The notes under the pieces are model-generated. The model was not told the DNA's origin and did no database searches. It saw only the letters and a program-made list of their open reading frames with translations. Of a stretch of DNA of 39,264 nt, positions 7,540 through 18,515 are shown piece after piece (within the stretch, counting starts at the first letter, position 1; each line of letters begins with the position of its first letter). A program made the translations under genes and the position numbers. This DNA comes from Syntrophaceae bacterium UBA3084. Lineage in GTDB: Bacteria > Desulfobacterota > Syntrophia > Syntrophales > UBA6807. Location: assembly GCA_002367335.1 (NCBI GenBank), contig DFBI01000047.1:1-39264 (forward strand). The letters run 5' to 3'.

Positions 7540-7659
7540 TTAAGTTGTGGAGAAAGAAATGGAATACGAGCATACAAACACGGCGAAGACAATTAGCGCA
7601 TCAACCACTAATAACAGGAATTGCTTTTGCTTATTCGGGCTTTTCAGGAAAATGTTCAT
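7540..7659 (-). pseudogene. 39-codon 5' stub duplicating the start of the sugar transferase at 11228
   Basis: MNIFLKSPNKQKQFLLLVVDALIVFAVFVCSYSI versus MNVFLKSPNKQKQFLLLMIDALIVFAVFVCSYSI; DNA nearly identical to 11130-11228. Confidence 0.9.
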
Positions 7660-7854
7660 CTTTTCCCAAATAACTTTTCAGGCTCTTGCTGTATTACATT
7701 CATAAAAGGCCTCCACGAATGTATGAAAAGAACACATGCTGAAAAGGCGCCGGTATTTGCTGTGATGATTAAGTGTTGGTCTTTCTTTATAACGTCGGTT
7801 GAGGCGAAATTCACTTCAGCGGATTTTGGAGGTCCCCCCACCGGATTCATCTGA

Positions 7855-8784
7855 TTAGTATACTGCCTCTTTATACCATTGATAGGTTTTTGCTATTCCT
7901 TCACTGAGACCGGTCTTTGCCTCCCAGCCTAAATCTGTTAGCTTACTCACATCAAGTAGTTTCCTCGGGGTACCGTCCGGTTTTGACGTGTCAAATTTCA
8001 ATCCCCCTTCATATCCGGCTATTTCCTTTATCAACAAGGCAAGCTCTCTTATGGAGATATCTTTCCCCGTCCCTACATTGATGACCTGATCCTCATCATA
8101 ATTCTCCATCAAAAAGACGCAGGCATCGGCAAGGTCATCAATATACAAAAACTCCCTTCGAGCGCTCCCTGTTCCCCATATCTTTACGAAGGGTTCTTTG
8201 TTCATTTTAGCTCCATGGAATTTTCTTAAAAGGGCCGGTAAAGCATGTGACGTTTCCAGGTTAAAATTATCGTTAGGGCCATAAAGATTTGTCGGCATGA
8301 CAGAGATAAAATTGGCTCCGTATTGCCTGTTGTAAGACTGGCACATCTTGATTCCGGCAATCTTGGCTATGGCATAGGGTTCATTTGTGGGCTCTAACTT
8401 GCCGTCCAGGAGATACTCTTCCTTCATCGGTTGAGGGGAAAGCCTGGGATAGATGCAGGAACTACCTAAAAACAGTAACTTTTTTACCCCGCAGACATAC
8501 GCGTAATGGATTATATTGCTTTGAATCATGAGATTATCGTAGAGAAATTCAGCAGGGTATGTGTTGTTTGCCAGGATACCACCCACCTTGGCGGCAGCCA
8601 GAAACACATAATCAGGGCGCTCATGCTCGAAAAAGGAATTTACATCCGCCTGGAGGCGCAGATCCAGCTCCTTGCTGGTCCGCGTAACAAGATTGTTATA
8701 CCCCAATGCCCTGAGCTTTCTTGCAATGGCAGAACCAACAAGTCCTCGATGGCCTGCAACATAAATTTTGCTGTTTTGTTCCAT
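7855..8784 (-). CDS. fcl: GDP-L-fucose synthase
   Basis: [45 protein letters not shown]; follows gmd. Confidence 0.96.
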   Translation of the reverse strand: MEQNSKIYVAGHRGLVGSAIARKLRALGYNNLVTRTSKELDLRLQADVNSFFEHERPDYVFLAAAKVGGILANNTYPAEFLYDNLMIQSNIIHYAYVCGVKKLLFLGSSCIYPRLSPQPMKEEYLLDGKLEPTNEPYAIAKIAGIKMCQSYNRQYGANFISVMPTNLYGPNDNFNLETSHALPALLRKFHGAKMNKEPFVKIWGTGSARREFLYIDDLADACVFLMENYDEDQVINVGTGKDISIRELALLIKEIAGYEGGLKFDTSKPDGTPRKLLDVSKLTDLGWEAKTGLSEGIAKTYQWYKEAVY

Positions 8785-8829
8785 GCTTTTCTTCTCAGGA
8801 CGTTTAGATCCATTGAAAAATTCTGTTCA

Positions 8830-9885
8830 TCAAAATCCGGCCCCTGAATCGACCAACCTGACCTTATTGTTCATTATCTTCTGTATAACATCTTTTGAGT
8901 TCTTCATCTCCTCCAGCTCTCGCATATCAGCATCCACCATGATCCGTACCAATTCTTTGAAGGTAACCTTCGGTTCCCAGCCCAATTTTTCTTTTGCCTT
9001 ACCGGCATCACCTTGAAGGAGCTCGACCTCGGTAGGACGGAAATATTGCGGATCGATCTCCACATGCTCCTGCCAGTCCAAATCAGCATAGGCAAAAGCC
9101 TCCTCCAGAAATTCTTTTACCGAATGGGTCTCACCTGTTGCAATAACAAAATCTTCAGGTCTTTCCTGCTGCAACATTAACCACATGACCTCCACATACT
9201 CCGGAGCATACCCCCAGTCTCGCTTTGCCTCCAGATTGCCAAGGTAAACCTTGTCCTCCAGGCCGTATTTAATGCGGGCAACAGCGCGGGTAATCTTCCG
9301 TGTGACAAAGGTCTCTCCTCTCCTTGGAGACTCATGATTAAAAAGTATCCCGTTGCAGGCAAACATATTATACCCCTCCCTATAATTTCTGACCATCCAG
9401 AAGGCATATACCTTGGCCGCGGCATAAGGGCTTCTCGGCCTGAAGGGCGTTTCTTCATTCTGAGGATGGGGGGCGTCTCCGAACATTTCACTACTTGATG
9501 CCTGATAAAATCTCGTTTTAATGCCGCTTCTTCTCACGGATTCTAAGAGACGGGTCGTCCCCAAGCCGGTTACATCGCCTGTAAACTCGGGCATATCAAA
9601 ACTGACCCTTACGTGACTCTGGGCGGCCAGATGATAGATTTCTTCGGGTTGAATGTTATAAATCAGATTCGTTAACTGACCTGAATCCGATAGGTCTCCA
9701 TAGTGGGTAAAAAATTTTGCATCAGGGATATGGGGATCAACATAGATATGTTCGATTCTACCTGTATTAAACATACTTGCACGCCGAACTATACCATGGA
9801 CCTCATATCCTTTAGATAACAGAAGCTCTGCCAGATAAGATCCGTCTTGGCCTGTAATGCCGGTAATCAAAGCCCTCTTTGTCAT
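8830..9885 (-). CDS. gmd: GDP-mannose 4,6-dehydratase
   Basis: [49 protein letters not shown]. Confidence 0.97.
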   Translation of the reverse strand: MTKRALITGITGQDGSYLAELLLSKGYEVHGIVRRASMFNTGRIEHIYVDPHIPDAKFFTHYGDLSDSGQLTNLIYNIQPEEIYHLAAQSHVRVSFDMPEFTGDVTGLGTTRLLESVRRSGIKTRFYQASSSEMFGDAPHPQNEETPFRPRSPYAAAKVYAFWMVRNYREGYNMFACNGILFNHESPRRGETFVTRKITRAVARIKYGLEDKVYLGNLEAKRDWGYAPEYVEVMWLMLQQERPEDFVIATGETHSVKEFLEEAFAYADLDWQEHVEIDPQYFRPTEVELLQGDAGKAKEKLGWEPKVTFKELVRIMVDADMRELEEMKNSKDVIQKIMNNKVRLVDSGAGF

Positions 9886-9918
9886 TAGAATCCTCTCAGT
9901 GAAATATCTTATCTCCTC

Positions 9919-10065
9919 TTATTTTCTGGCAAAAAAGGCCCTGATCTTCGAACAGATGTAAGAGACATCCTCGTCGCTTAAAAAAGAGGAGGAAGGAAGC
10001 CAGAGCCCATGCTTTGCAACATATTCTGCCACAGGAAACTCTCCATTCAGTCTGTAGGGAGCCTG
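9919..10065 (-). pseudogene. 3' stub of a DegT/DnrJ-family sugar aminotransferase
   Basis: Translates QAPYRLNGEFPVAEYVAKHGLWLPSSSFLSDEDVSYICSKIRAFFARK*, a typical DegT-family C-terminus. Confidence 0.78.
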
Positions 10066-11228
10066 CGGATGGGCCGGGGACCGATAAGGCTCATCTCCCC
10101 CCTTAGTATGTTTATCAGTTGCGGTATCTCATCAAGCCTGGTTTTTCTCAAAAACCTCCCCACACCGGTAATCCTGGGATCGTCCGAGCTGGACCATTTT
10201 GGTCCGGTCTCTTTCTCGGCCTCATCCACCATGGTCCTGAACTTGAGCAAGGTGAAAGGCCTTTCATTCATGCCCAGTCTTTCCTGCCTGAAAAAAACCG
10301 GTCCCTTAGAAGTGCTCTTTATGGCAAAGGCGATTATCAGCAATAATGGACCTGAGACAATCAGCCCCATTAAAGACAAAGTCAGGTCAAGCAGCCTCTT
10401 CAGCCTTAAATAAAAAGCCGGATGAAAGGATTTTTCCTGATGGGAAAAGAGCATCCAGGCATCGGCCACATGGAGAACAGGCACCTTGCCGGTCAACTGT
10501 TTATAAAAGGTTGGAAAGTCAAAAATTTGAATCCCCTTAAACTTCATGTCAATGAAAAGCTTCTTCAGGCCGGGGGCCCCTTTTAGCTTCTCGGCCACCA
10601 CCACGGTTCTTATCTTGTGCTGTTCTATGTATGAATCAATGCCTGTATCACATTTACTGCCATTGATTGCAAAGCAACCGGGATTCTCTTTATAATCCGA
10701 TATGATGCCGGTTAAATGGTAATTCATCAATGGATACTGATCGAGAAGCCCGGCAATCACTCCAGTTGATGGACTCGAACCTAACAGGAGAAGATTGTTT
10801 TGGAGCATCCTTTTCGAAAAAACCGCATAGAAAAGTCTTCGCCAGAAGTAGATGGCAGCTATCAGTAAGGGCACATGAATGAAGGCCACGATCCTTCCTA
10901 ATTTATCCTTAGGAAAGCCGTAGGAAGCAATGGCTATCAGACCAAAACCCAAAAAGACTGAAACCGTTATAAACAATAGCAGCCTGTCACGGGGACCCTT
11001 CTTTGTGACACTGTATAGCTCAAAGATGTAAAAAGTGACGAGATGGAGCAGGACAGCCACAAGGACCAGCCAGGAGAGCCTATCCCACAATTCAGCTAAG
11101 CTCCCTCCTTCAAATAATATAATTCTAATGGAATACGAGCATACAAACACGGCAAAGACAATTAGCGCATCAATCATTAATAACAGGAATTGCTTTTGCT
11201 TGTTTGGACTTTTCAGGAAAACGTTCAT
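10047..11228 (-). pseudogene. second priming sugar transferase, C-terminally truncated
   Basis: Homologous to 6112..7494 up to GPRPIR, then stops; lacks KPGLTGWAQV and the last ~75 aa. Confidence 0.85.
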
Positions 11229-11238
11229 TTCTTCAGAA

Positions 11239-12498
11239 CTACGAGGAGCCAGTCTCAGTTATATTATGAAAAAGGGCTTCATATTTCAGGCAGATTTCCT
11301 TAGGGCTGAAATGAGCATCTACATATCTGCGCCCATTCTCTCCCATCATTTTTCTCTCCGTTTCACCACCGTAAAGCCTCAAAATTGCCTTAGCCAATTC
11401 ATCGGGCCTTTCCGGGGGCACACATATTCCACAATTGGCCTCGTCAACCATATTCCAAACCTCGCTGTCTTCATCCACCATAGCAATAATCGGCCGACCA
11501 CTTGCCATGATTGCGAAAGTTTTTGAGGGCACGGAATCGGTTGACAGACCTTTCAGGGAAGTAACGAGTGAGATATCTGCGGATGCCCATATTTGGGGAA
11601 CGATATGTTCCGGCTGTTGTGGTGGGAAAACGACGTTGCTCAAACCTTTGTCCTTACAAAGTTGCACTATCTTATCTTTATATTCACCCCTGGACACGAA
11701 AGCAAACACGATTGTCTTATACTCTCTTAACAGCTCAGCAGATTCCACCACAAATTCTACACCATGAGGCAATCCAATATTACCAGCGTACATAATTACA
11801 AATTTATCATTCAAGCCAAAATTCGATGAAAAATGGTTTTCCTTTTCCATTGGCTTAATAAAATTTGTATCTATGAAATTGGGAATAATCTCAATTTTAT
11901 CGGCTTTGACTTTTTTTTCTATCAAATTCCTTCTCATTGCCCCTGAAAGGACAAGCACATTTCTGGCTTTCTTATAAACAAGATTCTCAATTAATCTCAG
12001 GATCCTGATTATAAACTTATTGTGTAAAACCCCGAGCTTAATCGCCATATCCGGATAAATGTCCTGAACGTTATAAATGAAGGGAATTCTCTTAAAAATT
12101 CCAATAATATACCCACATATGCCGTTCGTCAGAGGCGGGGAGGAGGGGGCAAAAATGAGATCCTGTCTTCCTGCAAAAAATAGTCCTCCGATAAGGCAGG
12201 TGATATTAAAGGAAAGAAAATTTAGGGCTCTGAAAACAAGAGAGGCCCTGCCGTTCTTAAAAACAGGAGCAAACACATAACTACGAATCAGTGTAGCGCC
12301 CTCCCAGGTGGTTCTTTCAAAAAGCTTGCCTCGATACTCGGCCCATGTTTCAGGTCGACCCTGCCGGTAATGCGGAAAAGCTGTGACAATAGTTATTTTG
12401 TGCCCTTTCTTGATAAGGTGCCTGAAGACAGTGCCATATATTGGCATCAGAGGTCCCTCATAGGGATACCAGTACAGCATGATAACCAGGATTTTCAT
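11239..12498 (-). CDS. GT4 glycosyltransferase (WbuB/WcaI-like)
   Basis: TAFPHY, SSPP, YNVQDIYPD, YAGNIG, VPSKTFAIMASGRP. Confidence 0.9.
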   Translation of the reverse strand: MKILVIMLYWYPYEGPLMPIYGTVFRHLIKKGHKITIVTAFPHYRQGRPETWAEYRGKLFERTTWEGATLIRSYVFAPVFKNGRASLVFRALNFLSFNITCLIGGLFFAGRQDLIFAPSSPPLTNGICGYIIGIFKRIPFIYNVQDIYPDMAIKLGVLHNKFIIRILRLIENLVYKKARNVLVLSGAMRRNLIEKKVKADKIEIIPNFIDTNFIKPMEKENHFSSNFGLNDKFVIMYAGNIGLPHGVEFVVESAELLREYKTIVFAFVSRGEYKDKIVQLCKDKGLSNVVFPPQQPEHIVPQIWASADISLVTSLKGLSTDSVPSKTFAIMASGRPIIAMVDEDSEVWNMVDEANCGICVPPERPDELAKAILRLYGGETERKMMGENGRRYVDAHFSPKEICLKYEALFHNITETGSS

Positions 12499-14264
12499 TT
12501 TTTATTGTCATCGAGCCTTTGAATGAGAAAGTTGCCCAAGACCAGAACATCCATCCGGGTCCTAAGGAAGCAATCCAGAGCCTCCTGGGGTGTGCACACG
12601 ATAGGTTCGTTCTCATTGAAGGATGTATTTAAAACCACTGGAACACCGGTAAGATTCTCAAACTCCTTAATGAGGCCCCAATATAATGGATTATCCTCTC
12701 TTCGTACTGTTTGTAGCCTTCCAGTGCCGTCCACGTGGGTAACCGCCGGGATCTCAGCCCGTTTTTCCGGCCGGATTGGGTAAACCTTTATCATAAAAGG
12801 ATCAGGATAGTCTCGCTCAAAGTATTCTCCGACCCTTTCCAGAAGAATCGAAGGGGCAAATGGCCGGAAAGGTTCTCTGCGCTTGATACGGGCATTGAGA
12901 ATATCTTTCATCTCTGCCCTTCGGGGATCCACGATGATGCTTCGGTTGCCTAAAGCGCGTGGGCCCCACTCCATTCGCCCCTGAAACCAGCCTATTACTT
13001 TCCCATCGGCAATATACTCTGCCGTCCTCTTACACAACTCATTATTATCCTCGATTTTCCTGATTACACATCCCTGTTTTTCTAACTCTTCATTCTTCAC
13101 TTTTAACTTTTCACTTATTTCGGCTGTGCCGAAATCTGGTCCCCAGTAACTCGAAGTCATCACAAAATCACGAGGCTTTCCCAGGATCTGGTTGTAAACA
13201 CAATAAGCCGCACCCAGAGATGTTCCCGCATCCCCGGCTGCGGACTGAATGTAGATCTCTTCAAAAGGGGTATGGTCAAATATCTTGCCGTTGGCCACGC
13301 TGTTCATTGCAACTCCCCCGGCAAGACAGAGTCTGTTGTCTTGTGTCTTCTTATAGAGATCGTTAAGCAAGGCAAAGATGATTTCCTCTGTGACGGCCTG
13401 AAGCGACGCAGCAAGATCTCTGTGATAGTCCTGGATATTTTCCTCGTATTGCCGGGGGGTTCCGAAATCTTCGACGAACTTTTGAGAATAGACAGTGCCC
13501 ATCGTGGGCTCGCCCCCATCCCAGGTCATGTCGACCCCTTCCGAGTGATGCCGGAAGTAGTCCAGATTGAGTCTATACTGCCCATTGCCCGTATAGGTGA
13601 TCACCTTCCTGAGTTTTGTTTTGAGCGTAGGTTCCCCAAGAGCGGCAAGCCCCATAACCTTGAATTCATCTCCATATTTGGCAAATCCCAGAAATTGGGT
13701 AATCAAGGTATAAAAGAGCCCGATCGAATGAGGGTATAAAACCTTCCCAAGGACCTCCATACTGTTTTCCCGCCCGTAGCCCTGCATAGAGCTCACGAAA
13801 TCTCCAAAACCGTCCAGGGTCAGGATGGAAGCCTCATCAAACGGTGAAACCATAAAGGAGCTTGCCATGTGGGCCAGGTGGTGATCTACGTTTACAATGC
13901 GGCCTTTAATGGTCTCAACAGGCACATCAAAACCCGCCGCAAGCTGGCTCCCAATACCGCCGATACTTCGCCTGTTTTTGAATCTTCCAACAAGCTTTTT
14001 CAGACTCTGGCGGTTCCGCAGAACAAAGCCAAGGCGTTCCTTTAAATTAGCCCTTGGATTTCGTCCCACGGCAATCTTGTCAATTTGATCAAGGGGTACC
14101 CCTGCCTCTGCCAGGCAGTAGCGAATCGCTTTCTCAGGGAAACCTGCCCAGTGTTTAATCCTGGTGAATCGCTCCTCCTCGACTGCCGCCACGATAGCCC
14201 CATCGCGAATCAAAACAGCCGAGCAATCCCCGTGATAGGCCGATATGCCTAATATATACATCAA
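12495..14264 (-). CDS. carbamoyltransferase (NodU/CmcH family)
   Basis: EEERFTRIKH, HHLAH, LAGGVAMN, GRMEWGPRALGNRS, LNTSFNENEPIV. Confidence 0.94.
   Translation of the reverse strand: MMYILGISAYHGDCSAVLIRDGAIVAAVEEERFTRIKHWAGFPEKAIRYCLAEAGVPLDQIDKIAVGRNPRANLKERLGFVLRNRQSLKKLVGRFKNRRSIGGIGSQLAAGFDVPVETIKGRIVNVDHHLAHMASSFMVSPFDEASILTLDGFGDFVSSMQGYGRENSMEVLGKVLYPHSIGLFYTLITQFLGFAKYGDEFKVMGLAALGEPTLKTKLRKVITYTGNGQYRLNLDYFRHHSEGVDMTWDGGEPTMGTVYSQKFVEDFGTPRQYEENIQDYHRDLAASLQAVTEEIIFALLNDLYKKTQDNRLCLAGGVAMNSVANGKIFDHTPFEEIYIQSAAGDAGTSLGAAYCVYNQILGKPRDFVMTSSYWGPDFGTAEISEKLKVKNEELEKQGCVIRKIEDNNELCKRTAEYIADGKVIGWFQGRMEWGPRALGNRSIIVDPRRAEMKDILNARIKRREPFRPFAPSILLERVGEYFERDYPDPFMIKVYPIRPEKRAEIPAVTHVDGTGRLQTVRREDNPLYWGLIKEFENLTGVPVVLNTSFNENEPIVCTPQEALDCFLRTRMDVLVLGNFLIQRLDDNKK
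13081..13115. repeat. 5 heptamers (YTTMACT-like) in frame inside the carbamoyltransferase
   Basis: tctaact cttcatt cttcact tttaact tttcact. Confidence 0.6.
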
Positions 14265-15412
14265 GATTTCCTTCCAATATCAAGTTTTAAGCATTCTCTA
14301 TAGACTTCTATATGCTTCTTCACCGTGACGTTCAAATCCAGATTCTCAATAGTTACCTCTCGTGCTTTTTTGCCGAATTTTTCACGCAGGACAGGATCTT
14401 CAATTAAAATCCTGATTTTTTCAGCCAAAGCCGTAGCGTCTCCAATCGGAACAACAAATCCGTTCACCCCGTTTTGAATGAAACGGCTCACGTCCCCGAC
14501 ATCTGTAGCAACAATCGCCTTCCCCATGGACATAGCCTCCCAGACGGAAATCGGAGATGCTTCATAAATAGAAGAACATACGTAAATATCGGTGGCTTTA
14601 AGGACGGATTTCACATTGGGAGAAGGCCCATAAAGATAGATATTATTAAGATCCGATGCTTTAGACTTTTCCAAAAGACTGTCATAATAATTACGCTGGC
14701 TCTCCAATGATTCGCCAACAATCCAAAAACTGGCCTCTCCGTTTTTTCGGTTAAAATACGAGGCCGCATCAATGAAATACCGGTAGCCCTTGGCAGGGTT
14801 TATATTCCCAACTGATACAACCTTTACCCCGGGGGAAGCCGCGATGCGTTGGTCTGCATAAACCAGATCAGGATCAAAAACGGATGTATCAACCGGCGCC
14901 TGGATGATTTTGACCGGCTTTCGATTCAGAGGAAACCGTCCGAGATAGTATTCACGCACCCTTTCACCTGCCGCGATGAAATGGTCCACCAGAAATGACG
15001 CGGCAAAAAAAAATGCCCTGATAATTAGGGGATTCCAGGTATCCTGAAGATGCCAGATCACCTTTTTGCGAGCGAGCCATCCCGCAACAACCCCTTTGAA
15101 CTGCCTGGCGCTGTTGCAATGGACGATATCAATGTTTTCTTTTTTTAGTAGTTGGTAGAGAAAGTATACTTCCTTTGGAAAAGTTATAAAATAGCGAAAA
15201 ATGGCCAGAGGATTCCTGCTCAATCTGTGCATGGGAACCCGTAGCATTTCCACCTTTCTTTTTACAGCCTCGGTATAAAACTGCTCTGATTCCTGTTTGG
15301 GGCATATAACAACGGTGTCTATCCCCTCGACCTTGATCCGCTCTGCTACCCCCAGTATCCGGGCCTGCGGTCCTCCGTATCGGCCCTCTTCAATGATGTT
15401 GGCAATTTTCAT
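14261..15412 (-). CDS. GT4 glycosyltransferase
   Basis: GRYGGPQ, VGNINPAKG, EASPISVWEAMSMGKAIVATDVG. Confidence 0.9.
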   Translation of the reverse strand: MKIANIIEEGRYGGPQARILGVAERIKVEGIDTVVICPKQESEQFYTEAVKRKVEMLRVPMHRLSRNPLAIFRYFITFPKEVYFLYQLLKKENIDIVHCNSARQFKGVVAGWLARKKVIWHLQDTWNPLIIRAFFFAASFLVDHFIAAGERVREYYLGRFPLNRKPVKIIQAPVDTSVFDPDLVYADQRIAASPGVKVVSVGNINPAKGYRYFIDAASYFNRKNGEASFWIVGESLESQRNYYDSLLEKSKASDLNNIYLYGPSPNVKSVLKATDIYVCSSIYEASPISVWEAMSMGKAIVATDVGDVSRFIQNGVNGFVVPIGDATALAEKIRILIEDPVLREKFGKKAREVTIENLDLNVTVKKHIEVYRECLKLDIGRKS

Positions 15413-15570
15413 GAACTTCCCTTCCTAAACACCAATCCGCCTGTCCTAACAAAAAAGGCCTTCAGGTGCATAGGACGGGACAAGCATCTAAAACCATTGC
15501 TTCCAAACCATAAAATAGCGTCATGCGGGTCAATACTGTTTACTTCCGTGAAATTATTTTTCCCGATGCG
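15409..15570 (-). pseudogene. start-less 3' stub of an unidentified gene
   Basis: 53 open codons (..DPHDAILWFGSNGFRCL..LVFRKGSS*) whose TGA overlaps the next ATG (ATGA). Confidence 0.45.
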
Positions 15571-15575
15571 CTACT

Positions 15576-17063
15576 TCAATATGAAGGTTTTGCAACAACT
15601 TCTCTAATTTTATAGATAGGTTCTTTTCGCCTTCTCATCTTATAAAAGTTTTTGAACAAACCAACAGTTATAAATATACTAATTAGATCGAGCACCATCC
15701 AATCCATCCCAAAACTATTTATCCACAACCAAAAAACGTAAAGTATGAGTGCTCTGTATAAATAAAATAAAAAAGCATCTTTGCTTTTCACAGATAAATA
15801 AAGCTTTTTAAATATGTGTGAAAATATGAAAAATATAATTAGAGCAGAATAACCCCCAAAAAGAACATAATACTCACCATATATGGTAAGCATACTTGAG
15901 TGATATGCTGCCTTAATATCTTTGTGTATAGGGCTGGAATAAATAGTATAACCATAAATATATCTAAGAGCATTAGCAGCCTTTGGTGTATCAAAAATAT
16001 TAAAACCAGGCGTTAAACCATTATCTATGGCGCTCTTAAAATAATAAATTATGTTTATAACATTATGATACTGTTCCTTGTTTCTTATCATATCCGCTGG
16101 ATTATCTAAAAAACCCCCCCTATCAAATATGGAGCGACATAAAATCTTAACATCTTTTGAGCCAATACTATAATTTTTTAAGGTAGTAAGTTGTTTTTTG
16201 GAACCAATAATTCGTTTTGTATCAACTTTTCGAATATATGTTGCTGCATCAAAAATGAAAAAGGAAAGCAGAATAACTAGCGGGCTTATTAAAATTAATT
16301 TTTTGTTTATTTTAATTCTACCTTTCACCGACAGAAATCCAATCAATAAGAGATAACCCACTGTTAATAATCCGGATCGACTGCCCGATAATGTAGCAAA
16401 TATAATAAAAGTTACAGTTAGAATTAAAAGAGTGACTAGGTTTCTGTTTGAAGTTTTTCTAAAATTCACAGCTACGTATATAAATGTGAATAACAGAATC
16501 AAATGCAATTGGATAAAAACGCCTGTTATATAGCCCGCAAATCTACCAATAATATCACTTGAAAGGCGTATATAAAAACCTATTACAATTGTAGCTACTA
16601 ATATTAGCATAACGTTCCGTGGATTTGCAGGATAGGCATCGGTAAGTACATTTTGTTTATTAAGATTCTTTCCGCCTCCAGTACTAAGACCTAAAACAAT
16701 TGAAGCATTAGAAAGCATTATAAATATTAGTGAATAATTTAGATCGTAGGATGTAAATGGATATCTAGTCAATATTGACGACCATGGATCATATAATAAA
16801 GTGACTACTCGCCCCATGTAAAATATCACAGCAATTATCATTAAAATCAAAACAAAGGGATCTGTTCTTTTCTTTTCGTATGAAAGTATTAGGAGATTTT
16901 GTATACAGAATATGCATAATATAATTATTGTATATTCATTCACATACTGATTACTTCCCAGCTTATAATAAAGATATATGCCTATTGCACAAATAATAAT
17001 ATTGGCAATTTTTAATAAGGAATTTAGATCATAACCGGTTTTATTTCTAATGTTACAAATCAT
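15576..17063 (-). CDS. multi-pass membrane protein, probable Wzy O-antigen polymerase
   Basis: Many hydrophobic segments, SGSRSG motif, large loop, AT-rich, in a wzx-containing locus. Confidence 0.7.
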   Translation of the reverse strand: MICNIRNKTGYDLNSLLKIANIIICAIGIYLYYKLGSNQYVNEYTIIILCIFCIQNLLILSYEKKRTDPFVLILMIIAVIFYMGRVVTLLYDPWSSILTRYPFTSYDLNYSLIFIMLSNASIVLGLSTGGGKNLNKQNVLTDAYPANPRNVMLILVATIVIGFYIRLSSDIIGRFAGYITGVFIQLHLILLFTFIYVAVNFRKTSNRNLVTLLILTVTFIIFATLSGSRSGLLTVGYLLLIGFLSVKGRIKINKKLILISPLVILLSFFIFDAATYIRKVDTKRIIGSKKQLTTLKNYSIGSKDVKILCRSIFDRGGFLDNPADMIRNKEQYHNVINIIYYFKSAIDNGLTPGFNIFDTPKAANALRYIYGYTIYSSPIHKDIKAAYHSSMLTIYGEYYVLFGGYSALIIFFIFSHIFKKLYLSVKSKDAFLFYLYRALILYVFWLWINSFGMDWMVLDLISIFITVGLFKNFYKMRRRKEPIYKIREVVAKPSY

Positions 17064-17201
17064 TGCGCACGGAATCCTTTTTCACAGGAACTATAGAACT
17101 TAACTCTTGAAATTTGCCGGCAAAAAAGCTCATTTCCTGTACATCAATCCCAACCCGTCTTCAATAATAACAGCCACGTCCAGGCGAGTCATCACCCCGT
17201 A

Positions 17202-18467
17202 TCAACCGTCAGTAACTAGGTTGAATACCTTGGATAAGCGCATTGTAAGTTTTTTTCTGCTGAAGCGTTTGATAAACGCATCCGACACATTTTTATCGAT
17301 CCTGTCGGCTACCAAAAATGCCTGCAGTTTTTGAATCTGGATATCCTCGGATTCATCGTAGAAAAGGATGAGCCCATTTCCATATTGTTCCAGGACTCGA
17401 ACAACCTCGCTATCACGAGACGCAAGGCATATGATTCGACATTTATTGCCCATATAATCATATAGCCTGGCTGGAATCCATGACGTAGTATCAATATCGG
17501 AAGGCATACATAGCATGACGTATGCCATACAACGTATGAGTTGATAAAAGCTTGGATGCTCAAGATAACCATGTATTATTACCTTATATTTAATACCAAT
17601 TCCTGCTTGATTACAAAGGTCTATAAATGTTTTTCCCTCATTGCCTGCATAATGCAATTCCCGGGGTTCATTTAAATGACTGTTTTCTTCTAATTTGGAT
17701 AGTAATTTTAATATAGGTAACGGGGTATAATTACTCTTGCAATCAATTGATCCACCATAAAAAAATGAGTTTGGAATCGAACTATTTTTATTATTTGTAT
17801 GGATATCATCCAGGTCAAAGCCGTTAGGAATAACCCAAATTTTGTCTTTTAAAAATGGGTGCTTCTCTATCATTCTGGCCTGACTAACTTCCGTGTTAAC
17901 AATTAGAGCATTACAATATCTAAGATAATAACGTTCAAGGATATTTGAGATAAGATTATAGTATGATTTTAAAAATCTCCTATGCATTGGATTGAGAGTC
18001 CAAAGATCACGAAAATCGGTCACCCATGGCAGTTTATATTTAAATTTTATCCAGGCGCCTATTAGATTGATACTGAATGGACTACATGTAGTATAAACTA
18101 TATCAGGTTTATATTTTATGATTTCTTTACCTATGCGATTAAGTACTAATAAGCTCCAAAAAATATGACCATCAGGTGGTATTATATTGTTCATAAAATA
18201 ACCCATATATCTTGCCAATCGATGTACATACTTACGATCTTGAAGGTAGCAGAATGTATCGTGACACATAGGAGAAACTGTGATAGCTGAGCACAACTGA
18301 TTCATTAGTTGTTGGCTGGTTTTTGTGTGTCTGCTGATCTCCTTTGGACAAATAACCACGGCCTCCCAACCGAACCGTGGTAAATATTTAAGAAACTTTA
18401 CATTACGTTTTGTAGCCACATTGACTCGTGGAGGAAAGCAAGAAGTAATCCAGAGCACCTTTTTCAC
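17202..18467 (-). CDS. GT4-like glycosyltransferase
   Basis: FPP, KFLKYLPRFGW, PWVTDFRDLW, VIPNGFD, PARLYDY. Confidence 0.82.
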   Translation of the reverse strand: MKKVLWITSCFPPRVNVATKRNVKFLKYLPRFGWEAVVICPKEISRHTKTSQQLMNQLCSAITVSPMCHDTFCYLQDRKYVHRLARYMGYFMNNIIPPDGHIFWSLLVLNRIGKEIIKYKPDIVYTTCSPFSINLIGAWIKFKYKLPWVTDFRDLWTLNPMHRRFLKSYYNLISNILERYYLRYCNALIVNTEVSQARMIEKHPFLKDKIWVIPNGFDLDDIHTNNKNSSIPNSFFYGGSIDCKSNYTPLPILKLLSKLEENSHLNEPRELHYAGNEGKTFIDLCNQAGIGIKYKVIIHGYLEHPSFYQLIRCMAYVMLCMPSDIDTTSWIPARLYDYMGNKCRIICLASRDSEVVRVLEQYGNGLILFYDESEDIQIQKLQAFLVADRIDKNVSDAFIKRFSRKKLTMRLSKVFNLVTDG

Positions 18468-18515
18468 AGTTTGATATTCTCTTCGCGTTTATATATCTTC
18501 AAAATGAGAATAAGA

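Noticed and set aside
7656..7854. Short ORFs on both strands, and an EFRLNRR peptide reminiscent of IS1595 transposase ends
   Set aside because: Too short to support; no terminal repeats identified.
17132..17192. 20-codon frame MTRLDVAVIIEDGLGLMYRK, a possible gene tail
   Set aside because: Too short to assign without a search.
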